A stretch of DNA of 64,000 nucleotides, from positions 16,528 through 80,527 of the forward strand of contig CALREW010000001.1 of NCBI GenBank assembly GCA_943356415.1, written 5' to 3'. A model generated the notes under the pieces. That model was not told the DNA's origin. It saw nothing but the letters and a program-made list of their open reading frames with translations, and ran no database searches. Origin of the DNA: Candidatus Nomurabacteria bacterium (GTDB lineage: Bacteria > Patescibacteriota > Minisyncoccia > Phycocordibacterales > SBAW01). The position numbers and the translations under genes are program-made. Of this stretch, positions 1 through 8,934 are shown piece after piece (positions within the stretch are counted from its first letter, which is position 1; the number at the start of each line of letters is the position of its first letter).

Positions 1-90
1 ATAAGTTGGGTGACCAGATGTGCCCATTTGTGGACATGTTTAATCCTGAGGACTTCAAATAATCTTTGAGTTTCGGGTTACACTATATCC

Positions 91-642
91 GTGGCAACAG
101 AGCTCTCTGATTTCCTAGATCCAGGACGTGCGGTTAAGGCCGCCAAGATACATGACCATATGAAGGTTGCCGACTTTGGCGTTGGCGCCGGCTTTTTTAC
201 GACCGCGCTCGCACGCGCTGTCGGCCCTCAAGGTCGCGTTTTTGCGATAGACATTAACCGCGACCTCCTCACGCGGCTCGCCCCTTTTGCCGAGCTTGAG
301 GACCTTATGAATATTGATTATGTGCAGGGTGACTTAGACGAGCCTCACGGTAGCTCTCTGCCAGAGGGGTGTGTGGATGTGGTTATGATGGCAAATATCC
401 TCTTTCAGGTAGAGAAAAAGGACATGATTATTGAGGAGGCGTACCGCGTGTTACGCAAAGGTGGACGTCTTGTACTTATAGACTGGAAAGATTCCTTTAA
501 TGGTATGGGGCCGCATAAGTCGGCAGTTGTAAGTAGGGAAGAGGCACTAGCCCTTACGACAAAAGGCGGAGGCTTCTCACACATGGAAGACATCCCGGCG
601 GGTACCTTCCACTATGGTTTAATTTTAAAAAAGAAGGGATGA
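91..642 (+). CDS. Class I SAM-dependent methyltransferase (UbiE-like)
   Basis: Motif I VADFGVGAG; D at end of beta2 (AIDI); RVLRKGGRL post-II motif. Confidence 0.85.
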   Translation: MATELSDFLDPGRAVKAAKIHDHMKVADFGVGAGFFTTALARAVGPQGRVFAIDINRDLLTRLAPFAELEDLMNIDYVQGDLDEPHGSSLPEGCVDVVMMANILFQVEKKDMIIEEAYRVLRKGGRLVLIDWKDSFNGMGPHKSAVVSREEALALTTKGGGFSHMEDIPAGTFHYGLILKKKG

Positions 643-924
643 ATCCCGTTAGAAATACCAAAAGTTGGTATGTCTATGTTTTGCAGAGTAATCACACAGG
701 TCGGTTTTATACTGGAATGACACATGATTTACGGAAACGTTTAAGTCAGCATCGTCAGGGTAATACCCAGTCAACACGTCATTCCGGTCCTTGGAACTTG
801 GTATACTACGAGATGTCACTTGCCGAAGACGATGCTCGTGCGAGAGAAAAGTATCTAAAGTCTGGCATGGGTAAACGCTATGTTAAAAATCGACTTAAAC
901 GTTTCCTATTTCTAACGGGATGAA
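636..924. mobile_element. Putative minimal GIY-YIG cassette with terminal inverted repeats
   Basis: ATCCCGTTAGAAATA (643-657) is the exact reverse complement of TATTTCTAACGGGAT (907-921); GGGATGAA directly repeated at 636-643 and 917-924. Confidence 0.7.
639..923 (+). CDS. GIY-YIG nuclease family protein
   Basis: YVYVLQS...FYTGMT...RLSQH...ARAREKYLKSGMG. Confidence 0.9.
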   Translation: MNPVRNTKSWYVYVLQSNHTGRFYTGMTHDLRKRLSQHRQGNTQSTRHSGPWNLVYYEMSLAEDDARAREKYLKSGMGKRYVKNRLKRFLFLTG

Positions 925-2242
925 AGACTGGAATTGGTTTCAACTTGGCGTTGTCGCGTTCTTCCTCTTCCTGCTTATGGCAGGCATTGCCGTGTTTGCT
1001 ACTTACGGCGGTAAGAGTTCGCAAGAAGTAGGCCCGGTAAGTATCTGGGGAACCTTTGACCGCAGCGCGATGGAAACGGTAATTGTCGAACTCGCTGGTA
1101 CTGATGACGCATTTCAAAACGTCTCCTACGTACAGAAGTCGCCAGATACGTACCGCCAGGAACTCACTGAAGCGATAGCGCGCGGCGCGGCGCCTGATAT
1201 CGCAATGCTCGACGATAGTGATGTGGTGAGCTTTGTCGCGAAAATTGACCAGATTCCATACAGCACGATGAGTCAGCGTGCGTTTAATGATGCGTTTATT
1301 GATGAAGCGGGTATCTTTGCTGGCACGCAAGGCATCATTGGGCTGCCGCTGTTTATTGACCCGTTGGTGATGTATTGGAACCGCGACCTATTCGCAGGTG
1401 CCGGCCTTGCCACCTATCCAAAGACCTGGACGGAGTTGCAGTCCATAGCACCCCGCATGACTTCTCTTGATGGCACGTCGAATGTTAAGCGCAGCGCTGT
1501 TGCTATCGGCACGTACAGTAACGTGCGTCACAGCAAAGAGATTCTCTCTGCGCTGCTTATGCAGGCAGGAGATCAAATCGTACTGCGTGGAGATGACGGC
1601 ACGCTGTCCTCTGTCTTTGGTGCCAACAACACGCAGAGTGTTGAGAACCCGGCAGAAGCGGTACTGCGTTTCTATACGAACTTCGCTAACCCTTCCCAAA
1701 CAGCGTATTCATGGAATCGTGCGCTGCCGGACTCCTTTACTGCCTTCTCCTCCGGTGACGTGGGTGTCTACTTTGGTTTTGCGAGTGAATATCGACCCAT
1801 AACGACACGTAACCCAAATCTTGCGGTTGGCGTAGCAACGCTTCCACAAACTGCTGCTTCGCGCAGTCCGCTTACTTACGGCAAAATGACCGCGCTGGTT
1901 ATTCCTCGAGGAGCGCGCAATTCGGCGGGAGGAATGGCTGTCGCACAGAAGCTCACAAATACGGATGCGGTTACTATCATCACAGCAAAGACAGGACTAC
2001 CGCCGGTGCGCCGCGATGTACTTTCTGCGAATTCGGCAGCTGCCGACTCGGTGGGAAGTGTGTTTGCGCAATCGGCACTTATCTCGCGATCGTGGTATGA
2101 CCCATCTCCACAGCAGACCTCAGACATATTCCGCAACATGGTAGAATCCGTCATAAGCGGCAGAGAGCAGCTCTCAAGCGCGATACGCTCGGCACAACTT
2201 TCACTCAACGATATTTTCGACAAGCTTCACCTCCCACAATGA
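920..2242 (+). CDS. Extracellular solute-binding protein (ABC sugar-binding family)
   Basis: N-terminal TM anchor; GAAPDI, GLPLFIDPLVMYWNRDLF, PKTWTEL motifs. Confidence 0.85.
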   Translation: MKDWNWFQLGVVAFFLFLLMAGIAVFATYGGKSSQEVGPVSIWGTFDRSAMETVIVELAGTDDAFQNVSYVQKSPDTYRQELTEAIARGAAPDIAMLDDSDVVSFVAKIDQIPYSTMSQRAFNDAFIDEAGIFAGTQGIIGLPLFIDPLVMYWNRDLFAGAGLATYPKTWTELQSIAPRMTSLDGTSNVKRSAVAIGTYSNVRHSKEILSALLMQAGDQIVLRGDDGTLSSVFGANNTQSVENPAEAVLRFYTNFANPSQTAYSWNRALPDSFTAFSSGDVGVYFGFASEYRPITTRNPNLAVGVATLPQTAASRSPLTYGKMTALVIPRGARNSAGGMAVAQKLTNTDAVTIITAKTGLPPVRRDVLSANSAAADSVGSVFAQSALISRSWYDPSPQQTSDIFRNMVESVISGREQLSSAIRSAQLSLNDIFDKLHLPQ

Positions 2243-2643
2243 CGCTACTTAGGAACAAGTCTTTTGTTGCAGCGATACTAGCCTTGGGTATTGGGCTTAC
2301 TGTTATGTTTGTCGCCACAAGCGCATTTGCCCAAGTAGGCGTAAGCGTGCCTGCCGGTGGCCCAAATATCATTCAAAACCCGATAAGCAGCAACATCACG
2401 AACGTATCGCAGTTCGTTGAGGCCGTTTTGAAAGGAATACTCGCTATAGGAGTACCGATTGCGGTCTTCTTTATTGTTTTATCTGGGTTTCGTTTTATTA
2501 CTGCGCAGGGCAACCAAGAAAAACTCACGGCTGCGCGCAGTAACTTTATGTACACCATTATCGGAGTGGCCATATTTATCGGAGCGTGGGCATTGGCGCA
2601 ACTTATCGCTGCAACGCTCAAACAGATAGGGGTCAACGCATAG
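2239..2643 (+). CDS. VirB2/TrbC-like pilin
   Basis: Signal ending AFAQ; NPI; two TM helices separated by AQGNQEKLTAAR. Confidence 0.75.
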   Translation: MTLLRNKSFVAAILALGIGLTVMFVATSAFAQVGVSVPAGGPNIIQNPISSNITNVSQFVEAVLKGILAIGVPIAVFFIVLSGFRFITAQGNQEKLTAARSNFMYTIIGVAIFIGAWALAQLIAATLKQIGVNA

Positions 2644-2646
2644 CGT

Positions 2647-3087
2647 ATGAGCACCAAGGATACGCACGGGCATCAATCGACAGGTTACGGGAAGAAACTT
2701 ATACCGGTGTTTATCGGGCTCTTCGGTATTGGTTTTTTTGTACCAAGCCTTGTGTACGCGGCACCAACGACCTTTGCTCAGTTTGTGAAAGTCATTATCG
2801 ATATCATCAACCCGCTTGCCGGTCTCCTCATCACGTTTGCGGTTCTGATGTTTTTCTTTACCGTCATACGCTATATCAGCAGTGCGGGGGCTGAGTCACG
2901 CACGAAATATCGAGAGAACCTGACGTGGAGCATGATCGGTATATTTGTCATTGTCTCAGTCTGGGGGCTTGCGCGATTGGTCAGCATGACTCTTCTTGGC
3001 GACACTTCGACGGCTGGCACAACAAGAAATGACGGCATCAACCCGCAAGTGTTTCAGCAGCCAGGATGCGGGCCAACGTGCATTTAA
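2647..3087 (+). CDS. VirB2-like pilin
   Basis: Signal ending VYAA; two TM helices; WSMIGIFVIVSVWGL. Confidence 0.7.
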   Translation: MSTKDTHGHQSTGYGKKLIPVFIGLFGIGFFVPSLVYAAPTTFAQFVKVIIDIINPLAGLLITFAVLMFFFTVIRYISSAGAESRTKYRENLTWSMIGIFVIVSVWGLARLVSMTLLGDTSTAGTTRNDGINPQVFQQPGCGPTCI

Positions 3088-3166
3088 TTAAAAGGTATCC
3101 ACATGCCTGTATTGCCTGAGGCGCAGGGCAGGGTAGGATTAACTCATAGCACTCGTAATTAGAAAT

Positions 3167-3511
3167 ATGAAGAAATTTACTGCCGCTCTCACGGTTCTTA
3201 TGGCGATGCCGCTCGTTGCGAGCGCGCAGAACGCCCAGGGTATTATCAATATTGTTCGTGGCCTTGTAGACCAGCTCATCCCGCTCGCACTTGCGGTAGC
3301 ACTCCTCGTGTTTTTCTGGGGTCTTATCCGCTACATTTGGTCTGCAGGTGACGCTGAAGGTAAGGCAAACGGTCAGAAGATCATGACCGCAGGTATCATC
3401 GGCCTCTTCCTCATGGTTTCTATCTGGGGCATTGTCGGCATCATCGCCAACACCTTCGGTCTCACGACCGGTACTCGCCAGACTCCTCCGTCTGTCTCTC
3501 ACACCATCTAA
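3167..3511 (+). CDS. VirB2-like pilin
   Basis: Signal ending ASAQ; FFWGLIRYI...GIIGLFLMVSIWGIV. Confidence 0.75.
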   Translation: MKKFTAALTVLMAMPLVASAQNAQGIINIVRGLVDQLIPLALAVALLVFFWGLIRYIWSAGDAEGKANGQKIMTAGIIGLFLMVSIWGIVGIIANTFGLTTGTRQTPPSVSHTI

Positions 3512-3549
3512 CTTCGTTAACTTTGCGTTCTCTTCAAAACTAGCCCACC

Positions 3550-3816
3550 ATGGGATCAGTCTGTAGCGTAATGGCGCGGGTGAACTCCGCACTCATAGAT
3601 CCTGCACTCGCACTTGTCTTTGCGGCCGGCTTCCTCATGTTCATCTACGGCGTGGTTGAGTTTATGTTCTTCGCGCGCGGCGAAAAGGGAGAATATGCAG
3701 GGAAGGGACGCGAACATATGCTCTGGGGCATCATCGGTATGGCTATCATGATGTCTGCGTGGGGAGTATTGAAAGTCGTTGCGGGAACATTCTCGCTTGC
3801 CATTCCTTCCTGCTAA
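3550..3816 (+). CDS. VirB2-like pilin (start uncertain)
   Basis: FIYGVVEF...GREHMLWGIIGMAIMMSAWG, similar to neighbours. Confidence 0.65.
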   Translation: MGSVCSVMARVNSALIDPALALVFAAGFLMFIYGVVEFMFFARGEKGEYAGKGREHMLWGIIGMAIMMSAWGVLKVVAGTFSLAIPSC

Positions 3817-3840
3817 CCTTCCCAAGGTATTGCTAGAATA

Positions 3841-3876
3841 GAAAGAGGCCCGGCGCTTGCGCGCGGGGCCTTTTTC
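3841..3876. terminator. Hairpin terminator between convergent genes
   Basis: GAAAGAGGCCC...GGGGCCTTTTTC. Confidence 0.55.
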
Positions 3877-3907
3877 GACTCGTTTCTGTTCAAGGAAGCC
3901 TGGAGGC

Positions 3908-4612
3908 TTACTTGAAGGGGGAAGCCTTGAACGCCACGCCGCCGGGTACGTCGCCGTAGGCGAACTCCAGGACGTTTAGGTCGACCAGGTAGATCTCCTG
4001 GTTCGGGCCGACTTCCCACCACTGGATGGTCTTGGTCTTGTCGTCCCAGGCAGTGCACCGCACTTTCTTACCTTGGGCGCTGGTGCAGTATTCCACCTTC
4101 GCCTTCACCTTGCCGGTGACGACGATGCTCTGGAGGACGCAGCCGTGGTCGTTGACGACCCGCTCTCTAACTTGAGTGAAGTCGAACACTACCGCTTCGT
4201 TGCAGACGCGGCTGAGCACCCGCACCTTCGTTGCCGCAGGCGCCGGTGTCGGAGCCTGCGGGGTCGTCGGTGTCGCCGTGCCACCAGCGCGGCAGCGAAG
4301 GCGTTCCGCCTCATCTGCCTGCTTGCAGATGGTCGGCTCCGCCGGCTTGTTGGTCGGCGGAACCGTGGCTCCCTGTTGAGGGGGAGTCGGCGGTCCGTCG
4401 TCCAGCCAGTTCCAGGGTTTCAGCCAGAGGCTGCCGCCCCCGAGGAGGCACAGAAGGACGACCACGAGGCCGACTCTCCGTGCACCCTTGGTGCGCTGCG
4501 CTTGCCCGGCTTGGGCTTCGCGCACCGCGGCGTCGTTGACCGCTTGATCTCCGTCGGGAGGGGGGTCAGGGACGTGTGGCGGGTCTTGATGACCCGCGTT
4601 GTTGTTCGCCAT
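3908..4612 (-). CDS. Hypothetical single-pass membrane protein (Pro/Thr-rich linker, Cys-containing C-terminal domain)
   Basis: 234 aa ORF, one TM, SD-like AAGGGGAG upstream, GC-rich codons. Confidence 0.65.
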   Translation of the reverse strand: MANNNAGHQDPPHVPDPPPDGDQAVNDAAVREAQAGQAQRTKGARRVGLVVVLLCLLGGGSLWLKPWNWLDDGPPTPPQQGATVPPTNKPAEPTICKQADEAERLRCRAGGTATPTTPQAPTPAPAATKVRVLSRVCNEAVVFDFTQVRERVVNDHGCVLQSIVVTGKVKAKVEYCTSAQGKKVRCTAWDDKTKTIQWWEVGPNQEIYLVDLNVLEFAYGDVPGGVAFKASPFK

Positions 4613-4628
4613 GTGGTAGCTCCCCTTG

Positions 4629-5945
4629 TCAGTTCGAATTTGCTGGCGGTGTTACAGGGGCGGGCGAACCCGCGTATAACGGAGCCAGCGGGTTGTGATC
4701 GACGCCACGGTAGAAGATTTCCGTGGCGCGTCTCCGGTTGATGCGTACGAGCTCGAGCGCCTTGACGTAGTCAAGGGTCGAACCCTTGGCCGCCGCCTGC
4801 GTGATGTACTTCTCCGCGAGCTGATGCTCGGTCTCGAAGTCGATCGTCTCGCCTGAACGCTGCTGCTTCTCTTGCGCGGCAAGGTCAGCAGCTTGGGCGA
4901 GTGCCCCCGTAAGGGCGAAATCGAAAGCGTTGGCGCGTCGCAGCATGATGCCGAGGCCGCGCACATCGCTCATGCCGTTTTGCACGACATCTTCGAGGAA
5001 GTACTCGATCTCGGCTCTCGACGGTACTTCGTCGGCGCCGAGGTAGCGTTGTGGGTCGCTCTCGTCGTACGTCAGGTACCGGTGAGGCGAGTCCTTGCGC
5101 ATGTCACGCAAGGGCCGGCCGTTTCGGGTCCCGTCATCCGTACGCACGCGCACGCTTGGGTGAACGCCGGTCAGCATCGTGATGATGCCGGCCGAAAGCT
5201 CGGGCATCATGGTCTGAAGCTCCTCCCACGTGAATTGCGTCGCGTGCTTGCGCAGCGCTTCGCTGATCATGTTGGTGAGCATCGCCCGTGCGCCCGCCTG
5301 TCTGCCTACCGTAACGAGCTGGTAGGCGCGGTTGCGCCGCGTGTCTGGTTCGAACGTGCAGCCGAAGGTAAGTTCCACCTCGCCGCCGCTCTCCCAGGGC
5401 TTCAGGACGTACTTCGCTACGCCGCCCACCTTCACCTGCTGCTGTTGATCGTCGAGCAGCGGGATGGTCTTCGGCATGAGCGTGACTGGGTCGATCATCG
5501 AATCCTTGGCGCAGCGAACCTTCACCTTGAAGTCGAACTCGGTCTGCGTGGTGCCAATGTAAATCAGCCCATCAAATCGAGCTAGCCTCAGGACGAAGGC
5601 GATGCGCGGGACGATGACGCGATTCAGCGGATGGCCGAACAGCGTGCTTATCGCCACCATCGGCGGGTCGGCCTTTACCTCATCCCACCCGAAGTAGATG
5701 ATGAGGCCCAGGACGCTGCCGAAGATGGCGATGATGATACCGGCGTTGAAGCCGAAGATCATCAGAACGATCCCGAGGAGAGTCCATGCGAGCATGAGCT
5801 GTTCCGTCGGAGTCGTCCGTGACCCGAGGAGGAAAGGCCATGCGAGCCAGGCCTCCTGTGCGGTCTGTAACCCGAGGGTCAGGGCGTTCCAAACGCCGAT
5901 GACCCTGTTGCCAATCCATACGAGGACGGCGTCGGTGTATTTCAT
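4629..5945 (-). CDS. Membrane protein, probable divergent SPFH/band-7 domain
   Basis: N-terminal TM helices; AISTLFG; ISEALRKHATQFTWEEL...GLGIML; Ala/Glu-rich helix; GGAGG upstream of ATG 5945. Confidence 0.6.
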   Translation of the reverse strand: MKYTDAVLVWIGNRVIGVWNALTLGLQTAQEAWLAWPFLLGSRTTPTEQLMLAWTLLGIVLMIFGFNAGIIIAIFGSVLGLIIYFGWDEVKADPPMVAISTLFGHPLNRVIVPRIAFVLRLARFDGLIYIGTTQTEFDFKVKVRCAKDSMIDPVTLMPKTIPLLDDQQQQVKVGGVAKYVLKPWESGGEVELTFGCTFEPDTRRNRAYQLVTVGRQAGARAMLTNMISEALRKHATQFTWEELQTMMPELSAGIITMLTGVHPSVRVRTDDGTRNGRPLRDMRKDSPHRYLTYDESDPQRYLGADEVPSRAEIEYFLEDVVQNGMSDVRGLGIMLRRANAFDFALTGALAQAADLAAQEKQQRSGETIDFETEHQLAEKYITQAAAKGSTLDYVKALELVRINRRRATEIFYRGVDHNPLAPLYAGSPAPVTPPANSN

Positions 5946-6032
5946 GAGTGTCCTCCAGTTTTCAAAGACCACCCAGGGTCTTCTTGATGTTGATCCTGTC
6001 GCGTGGGCGAGTGCCCTCGCGGTTCGCTAAAC

Positions 6033-6062
6033 ATTATATCACAATAAATAGACATCTGTCAA
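6033..6062 (-). promoter_or_regulatory. Sigma70 consensus promoter
   Basis: TTGACA-18 nt-TATAAT on minus strand upstream of the SPFH-like gene. Confidence 0.7.
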
Positions 6063-6105
6063 ATAGTGTTAGGTACAAAAAATGGCCTGGTTAGGCCGTT
6101 TTCGG

Positions 6106-6711
6106 TCAATAAAATAACCCGAGAGTGTTTGATTCCAAAGTAAGGACAGTACTCGCGCTAAAGACACTATTTGCGACACACAGGTACTCTGGATTTCTGA
6201 ACACATTTATAAGCACGGTGCCACCATTTTTCACTGCACTTTTTAGAGACTGCATGAAAATTTCGTCATCTAACAGCGCTGATGGTTTGCCGTCATGAAA
6301 TAAATCGACGAGAACGAGGTCGTACTGTTTGCTCACCTGTTTTAGAAATTCTCTCGCGTCTGCTTCGTAGATGTTTGGAGCGGGAAATGGATTCCATAGC
6401 TTTGCCGTACGTGCGACAGCTATCATCTGTGAGTCGTAGTCAACCGCATCGATGATGCAGTTTGGAAAATACTCGTATATCTCTTTAATCGTTCCACCTG
6501 CGCCAAATCCCAACTGCAAAACGTTCTGTACAGGTGCTTCTTGTTTTGCGTGTAGCAGGATTTTAAATGCTTCTTCCCAAATCTCAGTAAGTTCGGGGCC
6601 GGTGTTTTCGTTGCCTCCGGAAAATATCCTCCATCTACCAAGCACGCGCTTAATCAGCATCGTGCCGTTCTTTTTTGAGTGAACGGTCCGTCTGCTGAAA
6701 AGCCAGTTCAT
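6106..6711 (-). CDS. Spermidine-synthase-like SAM-dependent methyltransferase
   Basis: VLQLGFGAG, AVDYD, DAREFL, YDLVLVDLF. Confidence 0.8.
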   Translation of the reverse strand: MNWLFSRRTVHSKKNGTMLIKRVLGRWRIFSGGNENTGPELTEIWEEAFKILLHAKQEAPVQNVLQLGFGAGGTIKEIYEYFPNCIIDAVDYDSQMIAVARTAKLWNPFPAPNIYEADAREFLKQVSKQYDLVLVDLFHDGKPSALLDDEIFMQSLKSAVKNGGTVLINVFRNPEYLCVANSVFSASTVLTLESNTLGLFY

Positions 6712-6719
6712 GGATGGTT

Positions 6720-7253
6720 CTATTCAGTTTTTGTGTCGACCTGGCCGTAGAAAAGGCGAACAAGTTTGGGAAGGTCACTTTTACAAGGTTCTCCTGCATC
6801 AAGTTTTTTTAGAAGATCGCTTGGCGTGATCCACATCCACTCGCAAAAATCGTGAGGATTGTAATTGGGGACTTCGTTTTGTGTCAGTTCATATGTCTCG
6901 CTAAATGCAGACATATTGTGCTCATGCGGAGTGGCTTTGCCGAGATGTTTAAGTTGAGTTACGTCAACAACGATGCCCGCTTCTTCATGCGTTTCTCTGA
7001 TGAGTGCCGCTTCATAACTTTCTCCACTTTCTACGTGGCCTGCAACACTCATGTCGAGACAAAGCGGGAAGAGACGCTTGTGCGCCGTGCGACGTGGTAT
7101 CCAAATTTCGCCTTTGTTGTTGCGAATAAAAAGATTGACGACGCGAAAATTGCGCAAGCCTAGTGCGTATACTTCTGAGCGAGGTTTACTGTCTATTACC
7201 TCATCGCGCTCGTTGACGAGGTCGAGGATCTCTTCTTGTTCCGTCTGTTCCAT
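6720..7253 (-). CDS. NUDIX hydrolase (IDI-like)
   Basis: Nudix box GHVESGESYEAALIRETHEEAG. Confidence 0.85.
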   Translation of the reverse strand: MEQTEQEEILDLVNERDEVIDSKPRSEVYALGLRNFRVVNLFIRNNKGEIWIPRRTAHKRLFPLCLDMSVAGHVESGESYEAALIRETHEEAGIVVDVTQLKHLGKATPHEHNMSAFSETYELTQNEVPNYNPHDFCEWMWITPSDLLKKLDAGEPCKSDLPKLVRLFYGQVDTKTE

Positions 7254-7281
7254 GTGTGGGAGTGAAAGTTGCTAAGGCAGA

Positions 7282-7854
7282 TTATTTGCCAGACTTTTCA
7301 ATTATTTTGCGTATTAGTTTCTCATCCGCAACTGCTTTGGGTGCCTTGCGACCAAATCTTTTAAGTTGAATAGCAGCTACTTGTTGCTGAGCCTCAAGAG
7401 TTGCCGTGCGTAGCGAGACTCCTTCCAGGACAGCGTTAGTTTGTTCTGGAAAATATAAGGATGAATCAATCTCGGCACCTGGTTCTAAGTGCCGGATAGC
7501 TTGCTCAAAAAGCTTTGAATTTCCCAAGTCTAATTTGGTGCCTGTTGTTTTGTGTACATATTTCTCAACCCCCTCTTCGGTTTTAAGATGTGCGAAATCA
7601 AGATTCGAGATGATCTCTTGAGCACGGACGTGGTCCTCCTCTTCGACAATAATGTCTATATCGTCGTGATCGCGACTCAATTTACCGTACAAAGCATCGA
7701 GACCATAACCACCGAGCACTGAATAGTGCACGGTGGCAGTTTCCAGGGCGTGAGAGAGGTTCTTCAAAAGATCAAAACGTTCGCGTTGTTGAAGTGACGG
7801 TCTGTACTCAGACTCGATCTTCCGGGTCCGGGAAGGTTTTTCTTTGGGCGGCAT
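7282..7854 (-). CDS. Nucleotidyltransferase (LinA/ANT(2'')-like fold)
   Basis: GGYGLDALYGKLSRDHDDIDI signature. Confidence 0.75.
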   Translation of the reverse strand: MPPKEKPSRTRKIESEYRPSLQQRERFDLLKNLSHALETATVHYSVLGGYGLDALYGKLSRDHDDIDIIVEEEDHVRAQEIISNLDFAHLKTEEGVEKYVHKTTGTKLDLGNSKLFEQAIRHLEPGAEIDSSLYFPEQTNAVLEGVSLRTATLEAQQQVAAIQLKRFGRKAPKAVADEKLIRKIIEKSGK

Positions 7855-7911
7855 AAGAAAACTTTAGCACACGACCATATTGAGACTTGATGCTAAGGAA
7901 ATTACCTTTTT

Positions 7912-8153
7912 GTGCTCTAATTCTAACATTTGCTCGAACCTACTTCACACGCGCGGAGCGCGTGGTGGCTTGAAACTGCCCCGTACGCTCCGATTAAGTG
8001 GTGATGCGAACCAATGCGCCTCAACCGCGCTCGCAGACTCGCGCGGGCAAACCCAAAAATTTCCTTGCATTTTCTTTGCACGGCTCCTCCCCCCACCCCT
8101 CCGCCTGCAAGGCGAAAAATGAGGAAAGGAAATTTTTGGTTTGCTTCGCCGCT
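7912..8153 (+). repeat. 242 bp inverted repeat, arm X copy 1
   Basis: Reverse complement of 9924-10165; no mismatch seen by eye. Confidence 0.9.
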
Positions 8154-8425
8154 TCGGAACTCCGAAAAGAGTACTTTTAGTTTAGCACTTATGATTGCTC
8201 TTTTCTCCATTCCTCGCGGCGACCCGAGGTGCAATACAATGCGGTCTGCGCTAATGCGCAGTCAGATTTAATATGTGCTTGCCCACCCTCCCACCGCGCA
8301 CATAATCCCCACCGTTTTAGGAAAAATTATAAAACGGTTGGGATTGCTCCATAAAATAAGAGTTTGTTTGGATTGACTTCTGAAAAGTGGTACACTATAA
8401 GCTATAAACATTAAACAATACTTTT

Positions 8426-8905
8426 ATGGGAATGGAAGGATTTAAACCTGCATCGCAGGAAAAAGAGCCGACAATTGGGACACCGGAAAACGTTGAGGGA
8501 CCAAATCAACTGGATAATATTTTGAATGTAATTCGACAAAAAATTGAGCTTGCAAAAGTGCAATTAGAGAAAGCAAATTCGCAAGAATGGATAATAGGAG
8601 AATCAGGTTTCGCAGTTGAACCAAAAGAAGCGGCTCAAGCTAAAGCAAAATTGGACTATTTAGAAAAAGCCCACGAATTATTTTTTAAACCTGTCTTAGA
8701 GTCTCCAAAATCTCAACTTTCGTTAGAAGTAGTGCTTGAGGGTATTGAAAATTATACGAAACATCTTAACGATGAGTATGCTAGACAGTTTGGTAAACTT
8801 GATCCTAACGATGTTGAAGAGACAAAACAAAATAGGGCCAAAAAAATGTGGGGGGAGATAAAACTTAGGGACAAAATTGTGTCTGAGTTTTCGTCCATTA
8901 CTTAA
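8426..8905 (+). CDS. Hypothetical protein (element cargo)
   Basis: 159 aa AT-rich ORF; TTGACT-17-TATAAG at 8373-8401 upstream. Confidence 0.65.
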   Translation: MGMEGFKPASQEKEPTIGTPENVEGPNQLDNILNVIRQKIELAKVQLEKANSQEWIIGESGFAVEPKEAAQAKAKLDYLEKAHELFFKPVLESPKSQLSLEVVLEGIENYTKHLNDEYARQFGKLDPNDVEETKQNRAKKMWGEIKLRDKIVSEFSSIT

Positions 8906-8934
8906 TAAAGAACTTAATAAAGACTTTTTGATTC

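Noticed and set aside
4073-5585. Long plus-strand ORFs opposite the GC-rich genes
   Set aside because: Antisense shadow ORFs typical of GC-rich coding DNA; the minus strand has the promoter, SD motifs and TM features.
7880-8271. Short ORFs in arm X (and the mirror ORF at 9861-10079)
   Set aside because: They lie in a structured repeat, have no recognisable motifs and occur in several overlapping frames.
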